Shown: one piece after another, positions 1-8,716 of the stretch
Layout: each line of letters starts with the position of its first letter
Position numbering within the stretch: position 1 is the first letter of the stretch
Origin: an uncultured Nitrospiraceae bacterium
GTDB taxonomy: Bacteria; Nitrospirota; Nitrospiria; Nitrospirales; Nitrospiraceae
Assembly (NCBI GenBank): GCA_963730935.1
Contig: CAVSTP010000004.1
Location: 1,216,001 to 1,280,000, forward strand
Length of the DNA: 64,000 nucleotides
Reading direction: 5' to 3'
The notes under the pieces: generated by a model
Told to the model about the DNA's origin: nothing
The model's input: only the letters and a program-made list of their open reading frames with translations
Database searches by the model: none
Position numbers and translations under genes: made by a program

Positions 1-111
1 TGGAATGAACGGGGTAACCTTCGAGTCCGGCGACTGTAAGTTCCGTCGCTCTCTAATGTCCCCCGTTCCGCAAAACTTGCCGCAGCAACCCGCTCATGCG
101 ACACTAGACGT

Positions 112-1053
112 ATGACAGGGGACGCTACATATACCCATCTCCGATCACGCTTACACCTTGCCCTCGGATTGAACGCAATCGTCATCGCCGCCGAATTCAT
201 CGGAGGCCTCGTACTCAATAGCGTCGGATTGATCGGGGACGCCGGCCACAACCTCATCGATCAAGGCGCCTTGTTCGCCGCCCTCTACGCCCACATCTTG
301 ACGGCGCGCCCTGCCACTGAAGCGCGGACGTTCGGCTATCATCGAGCCGGCATCATCACCGCGTTGCTCAGCTCGTTCGTGTTGCTGTTCACCGCTCTGG
401 GCATCACAATGATCGGCGTGAAACGCCTGATGTATCCGGTCCCGGTCGATGGTGCTTGGGTCATGGCGATCGCCGCTCTCAGCTTTGCGGCCAATCTCGG
501 CATCGCGCTGTTGTTGCAGCACGGGGCGAAGGATGACCTCAATATCAGGAGCGCCTTCTGGCACATGCTGGCGGACGCCTGGGTCTCGCTGGGCGTGATC
601 TTGAGCGGAGGCGCGATCTTATTGACCGGCTGGACCATTCTCGATCCCCTCGTCAGTTTTCTGCTTGTCGCGGCTATTCTACGCGGCGCCTGGCCGATCT
701 TCCGCGAATCTCTGGAAATCCTGCTTGAATCCACACCGCCGGGCGTCAGTGCCTCGAACATCGCAGGCGCCATTGAAGCGATTCCTGGCGTGGACAACGT
801 TCATGATCTGCATGTGTGGGCCATCGAGCCGCGGTTGGTGATGCTGACCTGTCACGTTCTGGTCGACGAGAATCATGGCGCCGTTACGAGCGAACTGCTC
901 AAGAACATCCGCGGGCGAATCGCCGAGGATTTCGGGATTACCCACATCACGATCCAGCTCGAGACGCATTGCGCCCATAAAGATGCGGTGCATTGCGACC
1001 TGACGACCTTGGCGGGCCAACACCGATCCGATCATCTTCACGCCCATCACTAG
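112..1053 (+). CDS. czcD: Cation diffusion facilitator (CzcD/ZitB-like Zn/Co/Cd exporter)
   Basis: DAGHNLID, TFGYHR, NIRSAFWHMLAD, VHDLHVW and HITIQLE motifs; six hydrophobic segments; His/Cys-rich C-terminal tail. Confidence 0.92.
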   Translation: MTGDATYTHLRSRLHLALGLNAIVIAAEFIGGLVLNSVGLIGDAGHNLIDQGALFAALYAHILTARPATEARTFGYHRAGIITALLSSFVLLFTALGITMIGVKRLMYPVPVDGAWVMAIAALSFAANLGIALLLQHGAKDDLNIRSAFWHMLADAWVSLGVILSGGAILLTGWTILDPLVSFLLVAAILRGAWPIFRESLEILLESTPPGVSASNIAGAIEAIPGVDNVHDLHVWAIEPRLVMLTCHVLVDENHGAVTSELLKNIRGRIAEDFGITHITIQLETHCAHKDAVHCDLTTLAGQHRSDHLHAHH

Positions 1054-1060
1054 CACGCCC

Positions 1061-2026
1061 ATGGCTCACGCTCCCGTTCCCTTCTACATGCTCTGCGGAT
1101 CGCTCGGGGCGGGAAAAACGACGCTCCTCATGCGGTTGCTGGAACACTGGAAACAACGCGGACTACGCGCGGGCGTCCTCATGAACGAGGCCGGCGAAAT
1201 CAGTATTGACGGGCCTCGGGTCGGCACCATTGCCGAGCAAGTGATGAATCTCGCCGGTGGATGCGTCTGCTGCGACACCAAAGAAGATCTGTCCTGGGGA
1301 ATCGCAGAGCTTGTCCGCGATTATGGGTCTGACCTGATCGTCCTCGAGTGCTCAGGGTTGGCGGACCCGGCCGAGGTCATCGACGGCGTGACAGATCTCT
1401 ACACGGCCAGACTCGCTCAACTGGAACGGGTCATCGCGCTCCTTCACCCTATCGCCGGGACAGAAAGCCCTTCGAGCGTCTTTGTCACGGAACAGGCCAT
1501 CCGCTGCGCCGACGAGTTGATCCTGAACAAGCGGGACCTCTATGTGTCCGGCCACTGGGAACAATTCAAAGCCTCAATCCTCGCACGCAACCCGCACGCG
1601 CGCCTCTGGGAGACCACCCACGTACGCGTTGACCCCGCCGCACTTCTACAGTCCGAGGCCGGAGAGCGGCATGCGGCGACGACCAACGTCGAGTTTGGTG
1701 CGCCACGTTCCACTGCCCGTGCCCTCTATCATCCAATTGCCACGACCGTCCGCTTGGCAGGACCGTTGAACCGCAAGCGCTTCCTTTTGTGGATCCAGAC
1801 CTTACCCAAGGAAGTGGAACGCGCAAAAGGCTTCGTTCGTTTTGTAAAGGAGCCGGAGCTGCACGAATTTCAGTATGCGCCGCCCGCAGAGGCTACGGTC
1901 ACACCTGTGATGTTACTGGACGAACCCGAGAAAGCCATTGTCCTGATCGGCAGAGGGTACGACGTGGATCATTACGGGGCAGAGCTGTCGGCTTGCGTCG
2001 ATGCCATCGGCGATAGCCCGCGCTGA
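1061..2026 (+). CDS. COG0523/CobW-family metallochaperone GTPase
   Basis: Walker A GSLGAGKTT, GGCVCC metal motif, LECSG, NKRD, C-terminal RAKG (CobW_C). Confidence 0.9.
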   Translation: MAHAPVPFYMLCGSLGAGKTTLLMRLLEHWKQRGLRAGVLMNEAGEISIDGPRVGTIAEQVMNLAGGCVCCDTKEDLSWGIAELVRDYGSDLIVLECSGLADPAEVIDGVTDLYTARLAQLERVIALLHPIAGTESPSSVFVTEQAIRCADELILNKRDLYVSGHWEQFKASILARNPHARLWETTHVRVDPAALLQSEAGERHAATTNVEFGAPRSTARALYHPIATTVRLAGPLNRKRFLLWIQTLPKEVERAKGFVRFVKEPELHEFQYAPPAEATVTPVMLLDEPEKAIVLIGRGYDVDHYGAELSACVDAIGDSPR

Positions 2027-2550
2027 CGGAACTGAGGCCATTGCAGCAGGAGCCAGGCGATGCCGGCGCCGCAAAGTCCCCCGATCATCCATCCGCCCAG
2101 CACGTCCGTCACGTAATGCGCTCCAATATAGACGCGGGCCCAGCCGACGAGCCCGACGATGGGCCAACTGATCCATCCCGATCGGGGATACAACACCTGT
2201 AAAAAAGCCGCGGCTGTGGCCGTATTGATGGCATGGTTAGAGGGGAAGCTAAACGTCTTGCCGCAGGCCTGCAGCTGATGCAGGTCCGACATGCTCACAC
2301 AAGGCCGCGGACGGGCCACCAGATGTTTGATTTGCGCCCCCAGAAAATCAAAGAGTCCGATGGAGGCCCCCAAGCTGAGCCCGCCGATAACGGCCTCCCG
2401 CGGAGAGAGCCACAGCCAATAGATGCCCAGCAGAATACCCGGAAGCCACAATACGTCGGGATCCGACAAATGGAGAAACCACCAATCCATCCAGGACGAT
2501 TGCCCGGCCAATTCGTTGATCGACCGCGTCAGAAACGCATCCACGCCCAT
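1972..2550 (-). CDS. PAP2-family membrane phosphatase
   Basis: KHLVARPRP, FPSNH and ARVYIGAHYVTDV motifs; start uncertain (2550/2562/2586); 55-nt convergent overlap with the COG0523 gene. Confidence 0.88.
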   Translation of the reverse strand: MGVDAFLTRSINELAGQSSWMDWWFLHLSDPDVLWLPGILLGIYWLWLSPREAVIGGLSLGASIGLFDFLGAQIKHLVARPRPCVSMSDLHQLQACGKTFSFPSNHAINTATAAAFLQVLYPRSGWISWPIVGLVGWARVYIGAHYVTDVLGGWMIGGLCGAGIAWLLLQWPQFRQRGLSPMASTQADSSAP

Positions 2551-2623
2551 GGCGCTGACCATATAGGGTCGTCCACGGTTCGTCAACCGGCGCTCGGAAT
2601 TCCGATCCGGTCGATCCCTGAGT

Positions 2624-3052
2624 TCACTTCGTATGGAAATGGATGCGGACGGTCAGCTCACCATCGACAGGCACGTCGCCTTGCATTTGCGGATCGAAGG
2701 TCCATTTTTTGAGCGCCGCGATACCTGAGGCGGTGAGTTCACGATGCCGACAAGGCTCGAGGATCACGACGGTGACCTTGGCATCTTTCGAGACCAGCAT
2801 GCGCGCCTTCATCCAGTCATCGATCACGGTGCCGTCGAGCGCTGGCGGGATGCCTGGCCAAGGAGTGGATTTTGGAACCGGTCCACCTTGCTGGTCCTTG
2901 TTAAGCGGTAGACCGTGAACATGGACTTCCGGGAGCTCAATGATATCTTCCTGGTGGTCGCTTTCATGGGTCGCTTCGTCCCCGACGATCGCAAACGCGT
3001 TCCAAGACTGAACAAGAAGAAGGACAGAAAGTACTCTCATGACAAAGGGCAT
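2624..3052 (-). CDS. Small exported protein with TonB C-terminal-like domain
   Basis: Signal peptide ending NAFA; C-terminus ALKKWTFDPQMQGDVPV...VRIHF resembles TonB_C; directly downstream of the TonB-dependent receptor. Confidence 0.65.
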   Translation of the reverse strand: MPFVMRVLSVLLLVQSWNAFAIVGDEATHESDHQEDIIELPEVHVHGLPLNKDQQGGPVPKSTPWPGIPPALDGTVIDDWMKARMLVSKDAKVTVVILEPCRHRELTASGIAALKKWTFDPQMQGDVPVDGELTVRIHFHTK

Positions 3053-3098
3053 ATCCTAGTCACTCTCACGGATAGAATGGTCAAAGGGAACAATCCAT

Positions 3099-3170
3099 AA
3101 GGCCTCAAGGAAAAGAGGCCCCGAGCCGTACAGCGGTCGTACGTCGAGGCCTATTTCAGCATCATACTAG
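3099..3170. repeat. Palindromic intergenic element (REP/MITE-like, degenerate)
   Basis: GGCCTC (3101) can pair with GAGGCC (3115 or 3146); internal CGTAC..GTACG; ends TTTCAGCATCATACTAG; family link recalled, not searched. Confidence 0.35.
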
Positions 3171-5584
3171 AAAAACCATTGAGCCCGAAAGAAGAACGAC
3201 CGTGGCATCCCCGCATGCGCGACCCCGAGGCCGATGCTACCTTCCCCCGTATTGTAGAAGTACTGATGATCGAGCAAGTTGATGACGTCGAATCCTACTA
3301 ACAGCTTTTGCTGATCCCACGGCAGATTGAACACGTGCGTAATTGAGGCGTTGTAAATGGTCCATGACTCGAAGTGCGAGGAGTTTGTGAACGCATCCTC
3401 GCTGTCCGAAGTCCGTAAGCCCGACCCATAGAGCATTTGGCCGGACACCGTTGTGTTGAATGGAAACCGGTACGCCACAACGGCCGAACTCGTCATCGTT
3501 TGCGAGTGGTCGCAGAACACGCCTCCCGCGGTATTGATATCCGTAATCTCCTTCGTATCCAGCAGGTAATTCCCCGACTGCAATCCGCTCCCCTTGCACC
3601 GGCCCCACGCCACGTTGCCGCGCGCGCTGAGCTCGTCAGTAATCTGTACTTTGAGGGCCCCGTCGATGCCCATTTGATAGCCCCACTGGAACGCGAAAAA
3701 ATTCAACATTGGCGTCGAGCCGAATTGGCCCGCATCGGACTGGAAATGGGTTCGCTTGTAATAGGCCGCCAATTCCAGGGTGGCCCATTTGCTGAGCGCG
3801 TGGTAACTGCCCACCTCAAAATAGTGAGAGCGCTCCGCCCGGGGATTAAATCCGGTTGGATCCTCCGGTTGCGCCGTCGTTCCCTCGAGATTCACTTTGG
3901 TAAACGCGATCTGCTCAACATTCGGCGGCGTGAACAGTCGGCCATAGTAGGCATGAAACACGTTCGCCCGATTCAACTTATAGGTAACGCCGAGGCGTGG
4001 GCTCACCTGCCCTTCATTGTAGAAGCCTTGAATGATGTCCCCCCGCAGGCCGAGGTTCACAGTCAATGCATCAGTCGGGCTCCACTGGTCCTGGATCCAG
4101 AATTCCTCGCGCGTCTGTACGTTGGTATTGGCACCGGTTTGCGAGAGCACCGGTCCCACGGGGAGGCCGGTCCCTGAGTCGACAGCGAAGTCAAACAACT
4201 GGAATTGATTCTGCGCGTGCGTGTACTCGAACTGAAACCCGGTCTTTACGAGATGTTGTCTGTTGGGAACCCACGTATGATCGAGCCTTGTGCCGAGTGC
4301 GTATGCCTTCCGCTCCTGACTTGCTGTCTGCGTGTCATAAGCCAGCGCGTTGAACGGATCGGTAGTGAAGTTCGCATAGGAATTCCGAAGATAGCCGGAC
4401 AGCTGAAAGAAGTTCTCAGCATTCACGTCATGGCGCCAGACGAGGTGGGTGTATTGAGAATTCTCCTTCTGGTTCTGGTTAACGGCCTGAGAAGCCACTG
4501 GTGAGAACGTGGGGTCCTGCGCTTGAAGGAGCGGCAGCGTGTCTCCGTTCACTTCTAACCCCGGGCTAGTCGGAATCTGATACTTCGCCACTGCATTCAA
4601 AAACACCCAACTGAAGCTGTTGCGGTTGTCATGCTGGTAGTCACCCCGCAGATAGGTCTGATTACGCTCGTGCTGATCGTGAAATACCGAATGGCCGAGC
4701 GTGGGCGGTTCGATGCCTCGATTCGTCGTGGTATAGCTGTTCAGGACATAAAATCGAACCTTCTCTCCGATCGTGCCTCCGTACTCGAACGAGGGGTTCA
4801 CTGTCTCGTTGGAGCCGCCAAAAATTTGGGCCGAGCCGAACCCAGGACGGGTTCCGCTCTTGCTGGTAATATCGACCAGAAGTGCGGTCTTGTTGCCGTA
4901 CTGTGCCTCCATGCCGCCGAGGATGATATCAGCCCGCTCCCACATGCGGGGCGACATGACATCGGTGAAGGTTGAGCTGACCCCTTGGGGAATCGGCACC
5001 CCGTCGATCCGGAACTGCTGGTTCGCATGGTCCTGTCGGATGTGGGTCTGTCCCAAGGCACCATAGGCCACACTGGGAACCGTCAGGAGCACGTCGGCCA
5101 CCGTGTTATTGTTGCCCCGTGGAAGAACCTCAACATCCTTTCGGCTTAATTGATAGGTTTCGCTCGAGGCCTTGTATTGGATCGCCGGAAGCGGCGACAC
5201 GATCTCTAAAGCGATCTCCCGCGTCACCGCAAGGGTGAGCGAGACGGGCGAAAGCGGCATTATCCCGATCTTCACCACGACGTATTCGCTCCGGAAGGTG
5301 TCCCGAACGGCACTGATCGAATAGGTGCCAGACTCCGGGACCCTAACGCGGAACTCGCCGGCCTGATTCGTGACCCCCTGAGCTACCATGGTGCCTTCTT
5401 GATCGCGCACCTGCACGATGGCCTGATCCACACGCCGAAGATCCTGATCCTGGACCGTCCCGATAATCGTCTGGGTGAGGTCACTGTCCGCCGCGTAGGT
5501 GAACGAGGCCGGCCCCTGAGGGACGTAGATGCTTCCCACTAACAAGAAGATACCGAATGAACGCGATAACGCTGCCCGCCGCAT
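3167..5584 (-). CDS. TonB-dependent receptor with N-terminal carboxypeptidase-regulatory-like domain, probable metal uptake
   Basis: Signal peptide, GTVQDQ..TNQAGEF domain, plug IDGVP, SPRLG, C-terminal PRSFFFRAQWFF; ATG 5584 has GGAGG 6 nt upstream (track start 5605). Confidence 0.9.
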   Translation of the reverse strand: MRRAALSRSFGIFLLVGSIYVPQGPASFTYAADSDLTQTIIGTVQDQDLRRVDQAIVQVRDQEGTMVAQGVTNQAGEFRVRVPESGTYSISAVRDTFRSEYVVVKIGIMPLSPVSLTLAVTREIALEIVSPLPAIQYKASSETYQLSRKDVEVLPRGNNNTVADVLLTVPSVAYGALGQTHIRQDHANQQFRIDGVPIPQGVSSTFTDVMSPRMWERADIILGGMEAQYGNKTALLVDITSKSGTRPGFGSAQIFGGSNETVNPSFEYGGTIGEKVRFYVLNSYTTTNRGIEPPTLGHSVFHDQHERNQTYLRGDYQHDNRNSFSWVFLNAVAKYQIPTSPGLEVNGDTLPLLQAQDPTFSPVASQAVNQNQKENSQYTHLVWRHDVNAENFFQLSGYLRNSYANFTTDPFNALAYDTQTASQERKAYALGTRLDHTWVPNRQHLVKTGFQFEYTHAQNQFQLFDFAVDSGTGLPVGPVLSQTGANTNVQTREEFWIQDQWSPTDALTVNLGLRGDIIQGFYNEGQVSPRLGVTYKLNRANVFHAYYGRLFTPPNVEQIAFTKVNLEGTTAQPEDPTGFNPRAERSHYFEVGSYHALSKWATLELAAYYKRTHFQSDAGQFGSTPMLNFFAFQWGYQMGIDGALKVQITDELSARGNVAWGRCKGSGLQSGNYLLDTKEITDINTAGGVFCDHSQTMTSSAVVAYRFPFNTTVSGQMLYGSGLRTSDSEDAFTNSSHFESWTIYNASITHVFNLPWDQQKLLVGFDVINLLDHQYFYNTGEGSIGLGVAHAGMPRSFFFRAQWFF

Positions 5585-5686
5585 TCTCCGCCTCCGAAAA
5601 CTCACCGGCGGACGTCAGCCGGATGAACAAAGTCATCGTCGGACCAACACGGGTCCGATCAATGAGTAAGGCGAAACCTGACGCTG

Positions 5687-5995
5687 TCAGGCATGAGGAG
5701 GTGCGCGAGAAGGACCGATTGAGGGGAATTCGATCGAAAAGAGTTGCGCGGGTGCAGGAGCTTCATGGGAACCGACGAGCTCGAACGTGGAACAGGGGGG
5801 GCCACCAACATCAAGCGAGCCGGACGTATGGTGTTGCACCCATTGGCAGAGGTCGGTATCGGAGTGTTCGTGTCCATCCGTATCAGCCGCAGCCAGCTCA
5901 TGATGGACATCCTGGGCTACTGCAAAAGGAGCCAGTGCCAGCAGAAGCAGGATGAGGCCTACAGAAAGCCCGCGCGTGACGAAAGAATGACTCAT
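5687..5995 (-). CDS. DUF2946-like His-rich leader protein with C-terminal RAPP arrest motif
   Basis: Hydrophobic N-terminus, DVHHE..GHEHSDTDLCQWVQHH, Pro-rich tail ending GPSRAPPHA*; directly upstream of the receptor. Confidence 0.75.
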   Translation of the reverse strand: MSHSFVTRGLSVGLILLLLALAPFAVAQDVHHELAAADTDGHEHSDTDLCQWVQHHTSGSLDVGGPPCSTFELVGSHEAPAPAQLFSIEFPSIGPSRAPPHA

Positions 5996-6008
5996 GGTGC
6001 GGCCATTG

Positions 6009-6036
6009 ACTATCACAAGGCTCCAAAGCCTGTCAA
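6009..6036 (-). promoter_or_regulatory. Putative sigma70 promoter for the uORF-receptor unit
   Basis: TTGACA-N16-GATAGT with extended TG; palindrome AGGCT-N4-AGCCT in the spacer. Confidence 0.5.
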
Positions 6037-6150
6037 AATCAGCGAATAAACGTGCATCTTCCCTGATATTCCCATATGTTATGCACGCCCATGTAGATTT
6101 TTATTGAGGATTTCGTTATGCTACGTGGTTCAAAGCTTAAAAGGCAGGAC

Positions 6151-7209
6151 ATGAATCGACCGATCGACAATCAACACGTCATAGAAATCAAGGCATTGCC
6201 GTCCCCGCGTGCAATCAAGACCAAGCTTCCCATTCCCGATGAAGCCGCAGCGCTTGTCGTGGAAACACGAGAAGCGATCCGCCGAATCCTCCACGGGCAG
6301 GACCGGGAACGGCTACTGGTCATTGTCGGTCCCTGTTCGATCCATGATCCCGAGGCCGCGTACGAGTATGCGTCAAGACTCAAGCCATTGGCCGTTGCGG
6401 TCCGTGACCGGTTGCTGATCGTCATGCGCACCTATTTCGAGAAGCCCAGGACCACGGTGGGATGGAAAGGGCTCATCAACGATCCCCATCTCGACGGCAC
6501 TTGCGACATTGCCACCGGCATGGAATTGGCCAGGACCATTCTCTTAAAGATCAATCAATCCGGCATGCCCTGCGCCACCGAACTGTTGGATCCGATCAGC
6601 CCGCAGTACATTGCCGATCTCATCAGCTGGACCGCTATTGGAGCCAGAACAACGGAAAGTCAGACCCACAGGGAGATGGCAAGCGGTGTGTCGATGCCGG
6701 TCGGCTTCAAAAACGGCACGGAAGGGAGTTTGCACGTGGCCGTGAACGCCATGACATCCGCCCGAACTCCCCATCATTTCGTCGGCATCAATGCCGATGG
6801 GCAAACCTCGATCATCAAAACCATGGGGAATCCGGACCGGCACATCGTGTTGCGAGGAGGCGGGGGCAAGACCAACTACGAGGCGGAGCACGTCGCCAAA
6901 GCCGAAGCGGCCGTCTCAGGAGAAGGGATCGCACGACCGATCATGATCGATTGCTCTCACGACAACTCCAACAAGGATCATACGCGCCAAGGCACGGTCG
7001 CGCGCGAGGTGCTCCGGCAATTCCGCGAAGGCCGTCAATCGATCATGGGCCTGATGCTTGAGAGCAATCTCAACTCCGGCAAACAGACCTGGAAACAGGG
7101 CGTGGCACTTGTCCATGGTGTCTCGATCACCGACGGCTGCCTCGGCTGGAATGATACCGCAGCCCTCTTGAACGAATTGGCTGAGAGCATCGTCACCCGA
7201 CCTGCCTGA
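6151..7209 (+). CDS. aroG: DAHP synthase, class I alpha (feedback isoform not determinable)
   Basis: GPCSIHD, YFEKPRTTVGWKG, IGARTTESQTHRE, GFKNGT, DCSH, SITDGC. Confidence 0.95.
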   Translation: MNRPIDNQHVIEIKALPSPRAIKTKLPIPDEAAALVVETREAIRRILHGQDRERLLVIVGPCSIHDPEAAYEYASRLKPLAVAVRDRLLIVMRTYFEKPRTTVGWKGLINDPHLDGTCDIATGMELARTILLKINQSGMPCATELLDPISPQYIADLISWTAIGARTTESQTHREMASGVSMPVGFKNGTEGSLHVAVNAMTSARTPHHFVGINADGQTSIIKTMGNPDRHIVLRGGGGKTNYEAEHVAKAEAAVSGEGIARPIMIDCSHDNSNKDHTRQGTVAREVLRQFREGRQSIMGLMLESNLNSGKQTWKQGVALVHGVSITDGCLGWNDTAALLNELAESIVTRPA

Positions 7210-7252
7210 CCGGTTTCACGGTCTCGTCCGAGGCCGGCCTCAAGCGATCTGC

Positions 7253-8038
7253 ATGCTCATCGATACCCATACCCATCTGGACGACACTCGCTACGATGCG
7301 GACCGCGAAGCGACGATCGAGCGGGCACGCCAGGCAGGGGTGGGTGCATTCGTGACGATCGGGTGCGATCTCGCCACCAGCCGGTCCGCCGTCACGCTCG
7401 CCGATCGCCATCCTGACATCTACGCCTCGATCGGCGTTCACCCGCATGAGGTGAAACACATCAGCGATGGGTGGTACGACGAACTACGCCGCCTCGCCCA
7501 ACATGAGAAGGTGGTGGCATACGGCGAGATCGGACTCGATTATCACTATAATCACTCGGCGCCCAAGGAGCAGCGCGAGCGGTTTCGCGAACAAGTTCAG
7601 CTGGCACGCGAACTCCGCCTTCCCGTCATCATTCACACGAGAGAGGCGCAGGAAGATACGATCAACATCCTCAAGGAAGAAAAGGCGTCAGAAGTCGGCG
7701 GAGTCTTCCACTGCTTTTCGGGAGACACCTGGCTGGCGAAGGATGCATTGGATTTGGGATTCTACCTTTCCTTTTCCGGAATTCTGACGTTCAACAACGC
7801 GACGATGCTGCGGGAGATCGCCAAACAGACGCCGCTGGATCGCGTGCTTATTGAGACCGACTGCCCTTACCTCACACCGGTTCCCCACCGTGGCAAACGC
7901 AACGAGCCGGCCTTCGTCTCGCACGTCGCCAAACAGCTCGCCGACATCCATTCTGACCTTTCGTTGGCACAGATCGAACAAGCCACGACAGACAATGCCC
8001 ACCGCCTATTCAGCAAGATGCGTGAGCGTACTGCCTAG
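7253..8038 (+). CDS. tatD: TatD-family DNase
   Basis: DTHTH, GVHPH, GEIGLDY, IHTRE, FHCF, ETDCPYL, RGKRNEP. Confidence 0.95.
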   Translation: MLIDTHTHLDDTRYDADREATIERARQAGVGAFVTIGCDLATSRSAVTLADRHPDIYASIGVHPHEVKHISDGWYDELRRLAQHEKVVAYGEIGLDYHYNHSAPKEQRERFREQVQLARELRLPVIIHTREAQEDTINILKEEKASEVGGVFHCFSGDTWLAKDALDLGFYLSFSGILTFNNATMLREIAKQTPLDRVLIETDCPYLTPVPHRGKRNEPAFVSHVAKQLADIHSDLSLAQIEQATTDNAHRLFSKMRERTA

Positions 8039-8059
8039 TCGGCACGGGCTCGCGCGTGC

Positions 8060-8581
8060 CTAGAATCGCTTAAGCTGTCGGCCGCGGCGGCGAAGCGCCT
8101 TGGGAAGTTTTCGAGGATTGCCTTTCTTCTCCGGCCCGCGCCGGGGTGCCAAATCTTCATCCACGGCCAATTCCTTGTGGGGCATCGGACCTTGCGAGAA
8201 GGACTTCACTTGGAGTTTCTGGGCAAACTCCGGCGCCCTCATGATCAACGCTCCTTGTGCCTGCGCCGCGCGGATCACTTCGTGATCGGACGTCACGACC
8301 GCGCACGCCGCTCCATATTCCTGCGCCAGCCGCTCGATCACCTGGTCGGCCTTCTCGCCCCGCTTTGAATAGATCACCTGGACACCGGCGCGGTGCTCAC
8401 GTCCTTCGAGCGACTGTCCCCGTTGCCATCCGTCAAAGACAACGGTCAGCGCATGACCCTTCCGATGTCGATAGCCCGCCAGCAGTCGCAGCACGGATTC
8501 CCGCGCCATTTCGGAGAACGGATTTGCACCGGACCAGCTCATTAGGGCCAACAGGTTGTAGCCGTCAATAATCACGTGCAT
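8060..8581 (-). CDS. NYN-domain (YacP/Rae1-like) nuclease
   Basis: IIDGYN, VVFDG, ADQVI, VVTSD; basic C-terminal tail. Confidence 0.85.
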   Translation of the reverse strand: MHVIIDGYNLLALMSWSGANPFSEMARESVLRLLAGYRHRKGHALTVVFDGWQRGQSLEGREHRAGVQVIYSKRGEKADQVIERLAQEYGAACAVVTSDHEVIRAAQAQGALIMRAPEFAQKLQVKSFSQGPMPHKELAVDEDLAPRRGPEKKGNPRKLPKALRRRGRQLKRF

Positions 8582-8592
8582 GACGATGAGAA

Positions 8593-8621
8593 ACCCTACG
8601 CGAGGCGATAGGTGCTGTCAA
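8593..8621 (-). promoter_or_regulatory. Putative sigma70 promoter of the NYN gene (near-leaderless)
   Basis: TTGACA-N17-TAGGGT ending 11 nt before ATG 8581. Confidence 0.45.
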
Positions 8622-8716
8622 CCGACCCACAGGCACCGTTCAAAACTCCGCTCCCCTTGACAACCCTCGGGACATCTGAGAGATAGATATATCTTCTGCC
8701 GTCCCCGTGGAAACCC

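Noticed and set aside
1..110. Cobalamin riboswitch suggested by GCGACTGTAAG near a CobW-family gene
   Set aside because: Other conserved elements (GGGAA, B12 box) are not visible, and the motif is explained by a simple hairpin
6040..6120. Zur/Fur box in the AT-rich divergent gap; CGTGCAT/ATGCACG inverted repeat
   Set aside because: Only a half-site-like ATGTTAT; the 7-bp arms are 23 nt apart and could be chance
8041..8060. GGCACG/CGTGCC hairpin between convergent tatD and NYN (similar small hairpin at 44339-44354)
   Set aside because: Short stems without U-tracts; insufficient to call terminators
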